A DNA stretch of 64,000 bases, from assembly GCA_030390025.1 (NCBI GenBank), contig CM059432.1:64110001-64174000 (forward strand), in the 5' to 3' direction. The notes under the pieces are model-generated. The model worked only from the letters and a program-made list of their open reading frames with translations, was not told where the DNA came from and made no database searches. The position numbers and the translations under genes were made by a program. The DNA comes from Squalus acanthias (Eukaryota). Positions within the stretch are counted from its first letter, which is position 1. Each line of letters opens with the position of its first letter. This document shows positions 36,476-50,600 of the stretch, piece after piece.

Positions 36476-37729
36476 TACTATATTTTCCGGAAGTTAGCAG
36501 TATTGTGCACTTTTTGATTTATTAATTTCACCTCTGTGGCAACTGAATACCAGCTAAAAAGGTCATTCACCCCAAAACTACCTAAAAAGTTGTTTCCTCT
36601 TTTTGTTTCTCATTCGTTCCCTCAGATAATTTGTCAAGAAGATAATGGGCTGAATTTTAATATGGAGGAGAGGGTGGTGGGGTTAAAGCCGATGAAATTG
36701 ACAGCATGTTGGGATGCTAGCTCCAACTTGCCGACTTCCGGGTTTCACTCCAGTGCGTTAGGCTGCGTTTGAGCAACCCCCTCGGGAAAGGCAGGTTGGC
36801 AATTAACATATGCTAGTTTTCATTCACTTTGGGAAAACTCCCTAAATGATCATCCTTCCACTTGTTTCTCACAAATCTATGTGCCATAAAATGTTCCCAG
36901 TACTTAGCAACAGGCAACCAGAATCATTTGACTCACAGAAAAAACAACAGAAAGACGACTTTGCATGGAAACAGTCACTGCTGTTATGAAAATTAAGTCA
37001 GAAAATTATTTTAAATATGATTTCAGTCAGATGAATGTTAAATAGCCCTTGAGGAAACAAAAATGGTTTAAATGATTAAAGTCAAATTATCAGAACATTT
37101 TTGAGATAATTAAACAAAATAAGCTTGGATTATAGCTAATAGCTTAATGCAAACACACGTTATGATATCTTTAATTTTTTCTTGATACTGTTAATCATTT
37201 TTTTAAATGTGGAATTTTAAACTACATAAGCTTTATGTTGATGAAATACATTGTTTGCAGTGTGCATTTCCTTATAATACCAATATTGTTGCAATGTAAT
37301 AGTAAATAATATTTTCCTACATAACAACATTCACAGCACCTTAATAAGAAATGTGTAGTGGTTTGCGATTATACAACGTGATAAGATGCAAATATATAAT
37401 GATCATATCATAAAGCTGTGATATCACAAAAATATAACAATTTTTAGGAACAGGAAAAGATCATTTGTCCCATCAAGTCTGCTGTTTTTGACTGATCTCA
37501 GGTCCATCTACCAACCTTCATATTCCCTTAATCCCTTCTCTTTCTAGAAACACACATTGCTTTTAGTTTGAATGCTTCCCCAGGTAACTTATTCCACAAG
37601 TCTTTATGCAAATAAAGTTCCACCTCAATCACTTTCTGACTCCGAACACCCTCATGTTGACTTGTGTTTCCTGATATTTGAATCCTTCACCAGAGTGAAC
37701 ATTGCTAGCCTGGGATTGCTGAAAACTTT

Positions 37730-37871
37730 GGGGATAATTTTAATCTAACACCCCGCCTGATATTACTTTCCATTGACTTCAATAGAGAGTAAAATTGGAG
37801 GAGGTGTAAAACTAGTGTTGTACCCGGTCCCATCAGTTTCCCGACAGACGAGTTAGATTAAAATTGCCCCC
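37730..37871. mobile_element. Short Harbinger-type MITE
   Basis: TIR GGGGATAATTTTAATCTAAC / GTTAGATTAAAATTGCCCCC; central palindrome CATTGACTTCAAT. Confidence 0.75.
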
Positions 37872-38964
37872 TGTCACTCTATGCAAAATGGAAATTGTTC
37901 AGTTCTCACTATAATGGCCAGAGAACAGATTTTTTCAAACAATAAACAAGGAATAAAAACACCTATTGTTGTTATTTGGGAACACGTGAGGAGAATTACA
38001 GGAGTCAATGAGAGGAAACTGTAAATCTATGCATATTGCTGGGCTGCTGTCTAATTCCTCCTCGTTATAAGTCATTAATAATATCTCATTAAATGGCACA
38101 AGAACAGATTGAGTGTGCTGTCTTAAGGAAAAGTGAATAGTATGTCGTTCCTCTTCACATTAATAGTCAGGTGCCAACTGTTGTCATTTAATAGACGATG
38201 TAATTTATTGTTGAATAGAATTCAAATATTCTTGTGGCAGGAGTTGACTGAAAATTATACACCTTGTTTAGTACAACAAGAAATACATGTCCTTCATAAG
38301 ATAGCATTATCAATACCAAGCTTATCAAAGACCCAAACTCTTCAGCTATAATAGCTCTTATCTTTTTATAGAATTCTATAAGCTAAACCTCAGCAGGTCG
38401 TGGAAAATTCCAGTCATTCTAGTCAGCTATTTTTGTAACATTTCTATTGTAACTTTAACATTGAAATTAAACCTAATATGAATTAATTGCCATGGTAAGT
38501 TTCTGCTAATTGTGCCCATTTGTGGGTCTTCGAGGAAGCTCTTAAAATTAAGCTTTTTTTTTAGGCACAAGGATATTAATAGGCACCAAGTTATCACTCT
38601 TAAATATATCAAGGAATACTTTTTAATGCAATTTTTTTTTAAAATTATGTTTAAAACACTGGTTCATGGCAGATTTTACGTTTGGTGATATGCAAATGAG
38701 TTTGAGCGGAAACCTAAGCAAAAACACCACTTCTGAAAACTAGCGCAATTTTGTTAGCGCCTGGATCGCGATCGTGCCCAAAGCAGAAACACCTGGCCAA
38801 CCACCTCAATGACTGGAGGTTTTGCGATTGCAATACTAATCCCTTGCTACGAAACTTGAACACCTAAACAACAATTTTAAATAAACAACATTTAAGCACT
38901 TCACTTCTCACTCTGTCTTCCTTTTTCAATCCATCTTATCTTCTCCATTTCTCTCCTCTTTTTA

Positions 38965-40435
38965 TTGATATCAAATTAGGAGGGGCAGTGGAATCAGAAG
39001 AAGCGGATCAGAAATTACAAAATGAGTTGGCCAAAATATGTGATTGGGCCGGACAATGGCAGATGAAATTTAAAACAGATGTGTGCAAAATGCTACACAT
39101 AAGAAGAAAAAATAGATGACACATATACTGTGTGAATAGTGTTGAAGTAACTAAGAATGGAGCTGAAAGAGACACAGAAGTTGTAACAGACTCGATGCTC
39201 AACATGTCCAACCAATACGGACCAGCAATCAACAAAGCATCTGTTGAACTACATCGCAAAACAGTAGACTATAAATCAGAGGAAGTAGTGATCAGACTGT
39301 ATACCACTCGAATCAGACCCCACCTTGGATACTGTGACCAGTTCTGGCTGCCAACTGACAAGAGAGAGATTCAAGTACTGGAGGAAGTGCAGAGAAGAGC
39401 CACCAGGCTGATCCCTAGGGGGTGATTTTGTCAATGGGGGCGCGTTTGGGGCGGGACTGCTGCTTGTCGGGTTTCAGTCCCGCCCCCAATGATGTCCGGC
39501 CAACCCATGCTATTTTCCCTTGATTGACCTTGTTAAGCCCGCTGGGCGGGCTTAGCAGGCCAATTAAGGGACAGCCGGTGACAGAGAACGTCAGCGTATG
39601 ACGTTTCATCTATCAAAAATTTTTGACAGATGAATTGTCATCGTTTGACAGCTTTGAGAAGCTGTCAAACACTGACATTCTCTGTTGTTTCCTGAGCAGA
39701 AAGCTGATGGCTGTTGCATCGGAGAATGCAGCAGGCATTCTGTCATCTCTGCCGTGGAGATGAGGAGCCTCCGGATCCCCAACGATTGAAGCCTGCAGGA
39801 AGAAACAAAGGTAAGCAAACTTTTTCTAAGACTTTTCACTCACCTCCCATACTTACCTCTCCACACTTGCACCCATCACTCACCTCCACAGCGCACTTTT
39901 CGGCCCCTCCGACCCCCGCAAACCCACTGCTCGCCTCACTGACTCTGGCGGGGTTTTCCAACATCGGGAAGCCTGCACTTCTGTTGGAAACGGGACCCAG
40001 CGCAGGTCGGGTACGCGCTTCCTGGGAAGATGGCACGGAGGCGGGTTGGAGGCGGGATGGGTACCCGCCCCCAGATTCTGCCATTTTCCCGGCAGTCCCG
40101 CCTCCAAACCCGCCTCCCCAGGGCTGGCAAAATCGTCCCCTTAGAGTCAGGGGTCTGAGTTATGAGGAAAAACTGGAAAAATTTGTACTTTTCAGCATGA
40201 AATAGAGGCAAATGAGAGTTGATCATACAGAAGTACATAAGATTGTTAAGGGTACCAAAAACGAATATCACTTTCAATTAAACAGTGGGAGCAGAACAAG
40301 GGAACACAGGTTCAAACGAGAGAATACTTTTCGGGCAGACATCAGGAAATGTTAATTAATGTGTAATAAACTTACAGAGTACTGAAGGTAAAAACCCTGG
40401 AATCATTTAAGAAACAATTGGATGCTATAATGAAG
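38965..40435 (+). mobile_element. Old CR1 RT/C-terminal relic interrupted by a MITE
   Basis: QWQMKF, RPHLGYCDQFW, LEEVQRRATRLIP|RVRGLSYEEKL across the MITE. Confidence 0.8.
39418..40140. mobile_element. Harbinger MITE
   Basis: TIR GGGGGTGATTTTG / CAAAATCGTCCCC; CTA/TTA flanks; removal restores the CR1 frame. Confidence 0.85.
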
Positions 40436-40438
40436 TGA

Positions 40439-42781
40439 CATAGAAACATAGAAACATAGAAGATAGGAGCAGGAGTAGGCCATTCGGTCCCTCGAGCCTG
40501 CTCCGCCATTTAATGAGATCATGGCTGATCATCCAAATTCAGTACCTTGTCCCTGCTTTCTCCCCATATCCCTTGATCCCTTTAGCCTTAAGAAATATAT
40601 CTAACTCCTTCTTGAATATATTTAATGAATTGGCCTCAACTGCCTTCTGTGGTAGAGAATTCCACAGGTTCACCACTCTCTGGGTGAAGAAATTCCTCCT
40701 CATCTCAGTCCTAAATGGCTTACCCCTTATCCTTAGACTGTGACCCCTGGTTCTGGACTCCCCCGCCATCAGGAACATCCTTCCTGCATCTAGTCTGCCT
40801 AGTCCTGTTAGAATTTTATAAGTTTCAATGAGATCCCCTCTCATTCTTCTAAACTCTAGCGAATACAAGCCCAATCATCCCAATCGCTCTTCATACGTCA
40901 TTCCTGCCATCCCAGGTATCAGTCTGGTGAATCTTCGCTGCACTCCCTCCATGGCAAGAACATCCTTCCTCAGATAAGGCGACCAAAATTGCACACAATA
41001 CTCAAGGTGTGGTCTCACCAAGGCCCTGTACAACTGCAGCAAGACATCCTTGCTCCTGTACTCGAATCCCCTCGCTATGAAGGCCAACATACCATTTCCC
41101 TTCTGAACCGCCTGCTGCACCTGCATGCTTACCTTCAGTGACTGGTGCACAAGGACACCCAGGTCTCGTTGCACTTCCCCTTTTCCCAATCTATTGCCGT
41201 TCAGATAATAATCTGCCTTCCTGTTTTTGCCACCAAAGTGGATAACCTCGCATTTATCCACATTATACTGCATCTGCCATGCATCTGCCCAATCACCCAA
41301 CTTGTCCAAATCATACTGGAGTTTCTCTGCCTCCTCCTCACAACACACACACCCACCCAGCTTTGTCTCATCTGCAAACTTGGAGATATTACATCTAGTT
41401 CCCTCATCTAGATCATTAATATATATTGTGAACAACTGGGGTCCTAGCTCCGATCCCTGCGGTACCCCACTAGTCACTGCCTGCCACTCGGAAAAAGACC
41501 CGTTTATTTCAACTCTTTGCTTCCTGTCTGCCAACCAGTTCTCTATCCAAGTCAGTACCTTACCCCCAATCCCATGTGCTTTAACTTTGCACGCTAATCT
41601 CTTTTGCGGGACCTTATCGAAAGCCTTCTGAAAGTCCAATTACACCACAGCCACTGGTTTTCCCTTATCTATTCTACCAGTTACATCCTCAAAAAATTCC
41701 AGTAGATTAGTCAAGCATGATTTACCTTTTGTAAATCCATGTTGACTTTGTCCGATCCTGTCACTGTTTTCCAAGTTCTCTGCTATTACATCTTTTATAA
41801 TGGGCTCTAGCATTTTCCCCACTACCGATGTCAGGCTTACCGGTCTATAATTCGCCGTTTTCTCTCTCCCACCTTTTTTAAATAGTGGGGTTACATTAGC
41901 TACCCTCCAATCCATGGGAACTGTTCCAGAGTCCATAGAATTTTGGAAGATGACCAGCAATGCATCTACTATTTCTAGGGCCACTTCCTTAAGTACCCTA
42001 GGATGTAGATTGTCAGGCCCTGGGGATTTATCGGCCTTCAATCCCATCAATTTCCCTAACACCATTTTCCTACAAATACTGATTTCATTCAGTTCTTCCC
42101 TCTCATTAGACCCTATGTTCCCCGACATCTCTGGGAGGTTATTTGTGTCCTCCTTTGTGAAGACAGAACCAAAGTATGTATTTAATTGGTCTGCCATTTC
42201 TTTGTTCCCATTATAAATTCCCCTGATTCTGACTGCAAGGGACCTACGCTTGACTTCACCAATCTTTTTCTCTTCACATATCTATAGAAGCTTTTACAGT
42301 CAGTTTTTATGTTCTCTGAAAGCTTACTCTCATACTCTATTTCCCCCCTCTTAATTAATCCCTTTGTCCTCCTTTGCTGAATCCTAAACTGCTCCCAATC
42401 CTCAGGTTTGCTGCTTTTTCTGGCCAATTTATATGTCCTCTCCTTGGATCTTATGCTATCCCTAATTTCCCTTGTTAGCCACGGTTGAGTCACCCTTTTT
42501 AAAAAATTTTTATGCCAAACAGGGATGAACAAATTCTGTAGTTCATCCATGCAATCTTCAAATGTTTGCCATTGCCTATCCACCGTCAACCCTTTAAGTA
42601 ACGTTCCCCAATCCATCCTACCCAATTCGCGCCTCATACCATCATAGTTTCCTTTATTTAAATTCAGGACCCTAGTCTCTGAGTCAACTACTTCACTCTC
42701 CATCTTAATGAAGAATTCTATCATATTATGATCGCTCCTCCCCAAGGGGCCTCGCACAACAAGATTGCTAATTAATCCTTT
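40439..42781 (-). mobile_element. 5'-truncated CR1, same family as 12248-16936
   Basis: Collinear, highly similar sequence; RT ORFs 40875-41639, 41640-42197. Confidence 0.95.
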
Positions 42782-43475
42782 TGGGTGAATGGGGAACAAG
42801 GTGACGGTGACCGAGGATTCTCACTGAAAGATCCAAGGGGGCAGAGAGAAGCAAGGTTCTTGAACTGAGAGATGGGATACTTCACCATAAGTGGCTATTG
42901 AGGTAGTGACCAGAACATCAGTTAAAAAGGAATAGGATAAATATTTGAAAAGCAGGAAATATAAAAAGATCTGGGGGGAATGGGGTTACAGGAGAGAGTG
43001 CTAGCCCTGGCACAGGCAGTGGGGGATGAATTGGCCTCATCTGTGCTGTACTTTCTATCATTCTATGTAAACTCTATTGAGTCCGAGCCCAGGGAATGTT
43101 ATCGAAATATTGGCGCTGAGCTGAGTTTGGGACAATGTGTCCTGTGAGAAGTGCTCCTAACACCAAGCCCGTTGCCCTTTGTGCGGTCTCTCGGTTTGGT
43201 TCAGGTCTGTCTGTGCCAGCCGGTTTTGACGTGTGAAGTCCAAGTACAGATCAGCTCTGACTGAGCCTCCCAGTTCAGAGTTGTCACTTTCACACAGCAC
43301 CTGAGTCCAAATCAGAGTCCAAGGGGATAGGAAGAGAGATCGGACCAATGAAAAGTGGTATCGACTAGGGAGCCTGATCGCAGCTTGTGCAGTGCAGGGG
43401 GTTTCTGGCTGTAATTTCAGGGTGAATATCAGGAGGTTACAGATTACTACTAGTTACAGATAGTAATAGTGTAAT

Positions 43476-43597
43476 GTATGGGGAGAGAGCGGGAATATGG
43501 TATTGAGATAGAGGATCAGCCATGATCATATTGAATGGCGGAGCAGGCTCGAAGGGCCGAATGGCCTACTCCTGCTCCTATTTTTCTATGTTTCTAT
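43476..43597 (+). mobile_element. Short CR1 3' tail
   Basis: GAATGGCGGAGCAGGCTCGAAGGGCCGAATGGCCTACTCCTGCTCCTATTTTTCTATGTTTCTATG. Confidence 0.88.
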
Positions 43598-43792
43598 GCC
43601 CCATTATCCTATCAGTTATATATAGCCTATTAGTGAGTTATGAGGGGAATCTGAGGGTTACCAGTATTACTATTGGTTAATGGTGCAATTTCAGTGAGTT
43701 ATTAGTTACTGGCGGAATCGAAGGACCTCCCACCTCTGGTTTCCCCTCTGCGAATCGCTCCCCCATCTTTGGTTTCCCCTCTTTACCTACTC

Positions 43793-44010
43793 ATGGTGGC
43801 CACTTGGTTCTCAGAAATTCTCGCACAACAGCTGTAGTGTGAAACCACAAGCAATGATATTCAACTACTGGGGACCCAACTTTTTTAAAGTAAATGCAAT
43901 AACATTTGCAGATGTCACGTGATCAGACATCACATGGTCAGAAGCCATGTGGTTAGAATGTCACGTGATTAAATCTCCAGGAATGCTTCCAATCAGAGTT
44001 GGCAACCCAG
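43793..44010. mobile_element. Degraded hAT-like MITE
   Basis: Ends AGAGTTGGCAACCC, matching the terminus type of 22815-23154. Confidence 0.4.
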
Positions 44011-44247
44011 GCACAAGCAGGTCAATCTTTGATGCATTTTAAAACATCAAAGACTCTACTACGGGACAAGTTGGCCTAGGCTTCTTGTCTGCCCTTTCCT
44101 CCCATTGATTGGGGCATATCAATGGCTGAGCGGGACGTCGCCCTGTCATGGAGATGCTCCCTGCACCCAAGCCAACTTTCTGGCCTCAGAGCCATTTAAG
44201 TATGGGAGGCGGAGTTTGGTTGTAGATCTCTGAGGTCTGCTGCAGCA

Positions 44248-44442
44248 TGGGGACTTGAGCACACAATCTATGGTGACATTCCAGTGCAGTACTGAGGGAG
44301 TGCTGCACTGTCGGAGGTGCCATCTTTCTGATGAGACATTAGACCGAGGTCCCGTCTGCCCCCTCAGACAGACGTAAAAGATCCCATGGTATGATTTTGA
44401 AAAAGAGCAGAGAAGTTCTCCCCGGTGTCCTGGCCAATATTT
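44248..44442 (+). mobile_element. Deu-domain SINE fragment (5' part of core)
   Basis: CCAGTGCAGTACTGAGGGAGTGCTGCACTGTCGGAGGTGCC...GACGTAAAAGATCCCATGG...GGTGTCCTGGCCAATATTT. Confidence 0.75.
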
Positions 44443-44944
44443 AAGATGTATGTCAAAGGCTTGGAGAGGCAGCAGAGGAGATTTATTAGCATAGTACCAG
44501 GGATGAGGGATTTCATTTATGTGGAGAGACTAGAGAAGCTGGGATTGTTCTCCATAGAGCAAAGAAGATTATGGGGAGATTTAATAGAGATGTTCAAAAT
44601 TATGAAGGGTTTTGATAGAGTAAATAGGGAGAAACTGTTTCCACTGGCAGGAGGGTCGATAACCAGAGGTATTACCAATAAGGTAATTGGCAAAAGAGCC
44701 AGAGGGGAGATGAGGAGGAATTTTTTTATGCAGCGAATTGTTATGATCTGGAATCCACTGCCTGAAAGAGTGGTAGAAGCAGATTCAATCGTAACTTTCA
44801 GAAAGGAATTGGATAAATACTTGAAGAGGAAAATGCTGCAGAGCTATGGGGAAAGAGCAGGGCAGTGGGACTATTTGGATAGCTCTTTCAAAGAGCCAGC
44901 ATGAAAAGTCGAATGGCCTCCTTCTCTGCCCAATGATTCTATGT
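44443..44944 (+). mobile_element. CR1 3' fragment
   Basis: ERLEKLGLFSIEQRRLWGDLIEMFK; tail ATGATTCTATG. Confidence 0.9.
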
Positions 44945-46061
44945 AGACCTGGTTCTGCTAAGTGCAGCCAGTGCCAGCTGCTGCAGGGCAAACCAATCTT
45001 GCCGTGGGGTCTCAAACAGGTAGTAGGTCCCTTATTTGCATATGTAAAGGGCCTAATGCTTGTTTCAGGCATGAGCCCTGGACGCCAATTTTTTTGACCT
45101 TTACCAATATGTCGGGCATCGCACTTTGGGTTCATAATGAGCATGAGCTTCCTGCCTGCCATATTGAAGGCTTAGGAGGCCATTTAGCACCCAAAAAACG
45201 AGCGCTGGACTGGGGAATTTCTAGGCCCATGAATCTACCTGGTTATCTCGGGAAGTGAATGCATCATCTGGGCAATAGGAAGCTAGTGCTTACTAATGTA
45301 AGTAGTCTATAACACAGGAGCCAAAAAAAAAGACAGATTAAAAGTGAATAAAGGAACCCCAAGTAACATGGGCTAATCATGGAACTCAGAGATGTCAGTT
45401 GCACAGAGACTTAAAAACAAATCCATGATCTATTCATTGAGGTTTTGCTCCTAAATGTCATCCACAGTTCTAGTCGGTTCAAAAAGAGGGGATTAAATTA
45501 ATGTGAATGTTTTTGAAGTGCTTGGGCCTGGGTCAATGGCTCATGTTGACTGGTTATAGCAAATGGAGTTTCAAATGTCTGAATGCAGTTTTGTAATTCA
45601 AAACAATGGAAGCTGTTCTGTGGCAAGAAGGAATCCAAGTCCAAGTTTCGGAGTCACTGGTGACTCATAGACACTTTATTGACAGGTGGCCAGCAGGATC
45701 TAAAAAACAGACATTCAGATAGCCGTATCTGAATTTAACATTTAGATGGCCCTTTGATGCTGGTTGCCATGGAAAATTGAATTAGCAAAAGCTGTACTTT
45801 AAAGTCTCTCTTTTCAAACAATCCTTTTTGTCAATTTTCAAAATCAATGAACCAGGGATTTTGTGAGACTCCGAGTAAAAAATAAAAATTAACAAGCTGA
45901 AATCCAGAGAGATCTTTGGTTGAGTGAATGTGAAATTAACTTTGGCAGTAGAACATAAAGGCGCCTGCCGACACAATAAGTAGTGTGCAACCAGTGTTAT
46001 TTCCACAGAGAGGTAAGATGATAAGCAGCACAAAATCTATTCCAGTACTTTAGCAATAGCA

Positions 46062-46673
46062 TGGATTTTAACTCTTAAGCGGAAAGCCAAATTGGGGGTG
46101 TTGTGGGGGTGGGTTGTATGGAACCACCGAACTTCCTGCCTCAGAGTCTCCATGCGTGGTCAGGTGGATTTTAATGGCTGGGCCTCATTAACATTCTGCC
46201 AGCCAGGTGCCCGGCTGCAACAGGCATAAAGAAGCAATTGGCTGGTTGGCTGCTGGCATTGGGTGGCTTGGAGGTCACCTGCTGGCATTCAGGTAAGATA
46301 CGGGGTGGAGGGTGGGAGTTTGGCAGGTTTCCACGGATGGGAAGCCCAGGGCGGCAGAGGCCCAGAGTTTCCTTGTGGGGCCCAGAGAAGCACTCCTGCC
46401 CCTTCTGGCCCCACAAAGAAATGTTTTTTACTTGACCTTTGGGGTCTCTGCTGGGTGTCCAGTGGCTTCAGTGGATGCTCCGGCCAGTAGGCTATTAACA
46501 TTGCCTCAGGATATGACCTGAATGATTGGACCCTGATTAGCATATATTAATGATGCGCCTGTTGGACTCAGGCTATTGCCTCAAATGCCAGGCAGCAAAA
46601 TCGCCACAGAGCAGGACAAAGCCGCTCGATTTTAACTCTAGTTTCCACCAGGCGGAAAGAGTTAGAATCCCTC
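46062..46673. mobile_element. Degraded Harbinger-type MITE
   Basis: GGATTTTAACTCTT ... AAGAGTTAGAATCC inverted termini. Confidence 0.5.
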
Positions 46674-47308
46674 TTATGTACCACATTATAAGCTATAAAT
46701 TAGACTTAATACATTAATGAGAAAATCAGTTGTTTTTCAACTGATGTGAAAATAATTAGTAAATAGGATGTTACACTAATGGGCTTTTTAACCATGAAGC
46801 AAAGACAGATATTCAGTGCCAGTAACTGTGTAACCCAATTAACATCAAATCTAATATTGAAGACTAGGCACGGAGTATTGTTTACGTTACTTTAGCATAT
46901 TTTCAGTGTACTCTTTTGATTTTGGGTGATTAAACAAATGGACTGTAACTAATAAAACTTTAAAAGAACCTTAACAAATTAAATTAAAATTTCATTGGCT
47001 GGGGTGATGATGCACCATATTTCAGTGTAAATGTAATATAGTGGTAAATGATTAAGATCAGGAAAATACCAATTAGTTAGCCAATTATTAGCAGGTAAAT
47101 CCAATTAACCTAAGTAGGGAAGTCATAATCCAATCTTGTAAATTGTATACAATACCAAAAATGTAAATCATTGTTGTATTTGGCATTTATTTTGCCACCA
47201 AGTAAATTGAGGCAGCACAGACTATGTAAAATACAATGTGCTAACCAAAGAGGAGGAGGAAGAATGAAGAATGAGGGTATATGGAGAAGGGCAGCAAAGT
47301 GAAGACTT

Positions 47309-47585
47309 TGTTGTGGCTGCTGCGAAGCACGAATTGAGGCCGAGTCAATATGTGGAGCACATGGCTTTTAATTACATACTCTTGGCAAAATGGCTGCTAC
47401 AACTTCTCTCTGCAAAACCCTACTGGTTGAGGGCGACGCCCGCTCTTTTTAAGTTCACACTGAGGGCGACGCCCACTCCTTTTTTCATGCCTGAAAGGCA
47501 GCATGCGCCTTAAAGGCAAGGTGCCCGATTTATTGTCCATGGACGGAAAAGTGGATTGCGCCCATTTAGGTGGCGATCCGCCACA
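47309..47585 (-). repeat. 3' LTR (277 bp)
   Basis: Direct repeat of 51458-51735; PPT GGGGGGAG at ~47589-47596 (minus). Confidence 0.95.
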
Positions 47586-47605
47586 CAGCTCCCCCCAGAA
47601 TCTGC

Positions 47606-50600
47606 TTAGGAGGTGTGGACGAGACGGTGCGGCGGTCTGATGGGCCGGCCGGAGCGGCTCTTGTAGGACGCCGGTGGACGTGGAACGGCCGGGCGTGGAG
47701 CAGCCGGGTGAACTGGCTTGAGGGCAGGTCGGCCGCGTGGCGGTGGACGAGCTACAGGGACCTGCTCACCGGGCTCCGAGTGTGCTGGCTTGAGTCGGTC
47801 AACCGACACTTTTTCGGTCCTGTCGCCCACTTGCAGGGTGAAAAATTTGTCCCCAGCCTGTAGCACCTTGTAGGGCCCATCGTACGGGGGTTGAAGGGGT
47901 CCGCGGTGGGCATCGTGCCGGACGAAAACGAACCGTGCCTGGTGCAGGCTTAGTGGGACGTGTGAGGTGGATTCGACGTGTCGGGCAATGGGCACCGGGA
48001 CGAACTGTAGCGCCGGTGAGGCGAAGTCGTGGCGTTGCTGGTCGGCTGACCAGGGTGTCGTGGCGGTGGGCAGGAACTCGCCGGGTACGCGCAGCGGCTG
48101 ACCGTACATGAGCTCTGCTGCCGATGCGTGGAGGTCTTCTTTAACCGCGGTGCGCAGGCCGAGGAGGACCCACGGGAGTCGGTCGGTCCAGGCGCCGTCC
48201 TGGAGGCTGGCTCGAAGAGATGCCTTCAAGGATCTGTGGAACCGCTCACACAGTCCGTTGGCTTGGGGTGGTACGCTGTGGTGCGGTGAATGGTCACCCC
48301 AAGATTGCGTGCGACGGCGGTCCAGAGTTCAGAGGTAAATTGCGGACCTCTGTCTGACGTCATGTCGGAGGGGACGCCGAACCGTGCGACCCAGGTGCTG
48401 ACGAAGGCTCTGGCGATGTTGGCGGTGGTGGTAGAGGTCAGTGGAATTGCCTCAGGCCAGCGCGTGGTGCGGTCAACGATCGTCAGCAAGTGCGTGTGGC
48501 CTTGCGACGACGGCAGGGGCCCGACGATGTCCATGTGGATGTAATCGAATCTACGCGAAGGGACGGTAAACTCCTCGAGGGGTGCTTTCGTGTGTTGCTG
48601 CACCTTGGCCCATTGGCAGGCTAGGCAGGAGTTGGCCCAAGTACGCACATCCTTGCGAAGGCCACGCCAGACAAAACGGTTGGCTACCAATTTGATGGAT
48701 GCGCAGGCGCCGGGGTGGGAGAGGTTGTGGAGAATCTCGAATACCCGGCGGCGCCAGGACGCTGGGACGACGGGCCGAGGTTGACGTAGAGATATGTCGC
48801 ACTTGACCGTGACTGCGGTCGGGCCACAGGCGACGTCGGCCAGGCGTAGCCCTGGTAGGTTGGTAGGTGCGGAGAGCAGATCAGGGTCGGTGATCTGGTC
48901 TGCTGCGAGTTGAGCGTAGTCGACCGCCAGGTGTGCGGCGTGGATGGCGGGGCGGGAGAGGCAGTCGGCTACCGCATTGTCTCGGCCGGAGACGTGTTGG
49001 ATGTCCGTGGTGAACTCGGACACTGCCGCGAGCTGGCGCTGCTGCCTGGTGGACCAGGGATCGGTTGTCTTTGCCATTGCGAATGTCAGGGGTTTGTGGT
49101 CGACAAACGCAGTGAAGGGGTGGCCCTCCAGCAAAAACCGAAAATGGCGGACCGCCAGGAACAGCACGAGGAGCTCGCGGTCGAAGGTGCTGTACTTGAC
49201 CTCCGGGGGGCGTAGTTGGCGGCTGAAGAAGGCAAGTGGTTGCCAGGCCCCGTCGAACCACTGCTCATACACGGCGCCGACCGCGTGGTCGGAGGCGTCC
49301 GTGGTGAGCGCTACCCTGGCATTGGGCCGTGGGTGCACGAGCAGGGTGGCGTTGGCGAGCGCGGTCTTGGTGGAGTCGAAGGCGGCTGACGCGTCTGCCG
49401 TCCATTCAACCGCCATCTTGCTGCTCCTGCCCCGGAGGGCTTCATACAGGGGCCTCATGAGGGACGTCGCTTTGGGGATGAAGCGGTTGTAGAAATTCAC
49501 CATCCCGAGGAACTCCTGGAGGCCTTTGATGGTGGTGGGGCGGGGAAATTGTTGGACAGCCTGCACCTTGGTGGGCAGGGGAATGGCCCCAGCATGGGTG
49601 ATGTGGTGGCCGAGGAAGTCGATCTTGTCCAGGCCGAACTGGCATTTGGCTGGGCTGAGGATGAGCCCGTGGTCGCTGAGGCGCCCGAACAGGATGCGAA
49701 GGTGTTCGAGGTGTTCCTGCTTGGAGGAACTGGCTACCAGGATGTGGTCCAGGTAGACAAACAGGAACTTCAAGTCCTGAAGGACTGATGCCATGAGCCA
49801 TTGGAATGCCTGGGCCGCGTTTTTGAGGCCGAAGGGCATCCGCAGGAACTCGAAAAGGCCGAAGGGGGTGATTACGGCCGTCTTGGGGACGTCCGCGGGG
49901 TGGACGGGGACTTGGTGGTAGCCGCGCACCAGGTCGACCTTGGAAAAGACTGAGCGGCCGGCCGGTCTAGCCGAGAAGTCCTGGATGTGCGGCACGGGGT
50001 ACCGATCAGGGGTGGTGGCGTCGTTGAGGCGGCGGTAATCCCTGCAGGGGCGCCAACCCCCGCCTGGTTTGGGGGCGATGTGGAGTGGGGAGGCCCAGGG
50101 ACTGTTGGAGCGGCGGATGATGCCGAGCTGTTCCATGGTGGCAAACTCGGTCCGTGCGATCTCCAGTTTGGCCGGGTCCAGCCTGCGGGCGTGGGCGTAC
50201 ACTGGGGGGCCTGTGGTGGGGATGAAGTGTTCCACCCCGTGTTTGGCGGCCTCCGCGGAGAAGGTCGGATTGGTAAGGGCCGGGAATTCGGCCAGGAGTG
50301 CCGAGTAGTCATCCGTGGCCTGGGCGTGGCACTGTGACGCCATGTCGGTGGGTGTACGGGGGGCCATGGCGCCCAGGATGGGGGACATGGTGTTCATGTC
50401 CACGAGGCGGTGTCGAGGGATGTCTACCAGTAGGCCGTGGGCGCACAGGAAATCTGCGCCGATGAGAGGGGAGAGCACCTTGGCAGTGATGAACTCCCAT
50501 CAGTAGCGGCGACCAGCGAGGTCGAGGGTGACTGTGCGGGTGCCGTACGTCCGGATGTCTGAGCCATTAGCAGCAGCCAGCGCCGGTCCTCGTTCGCCCT

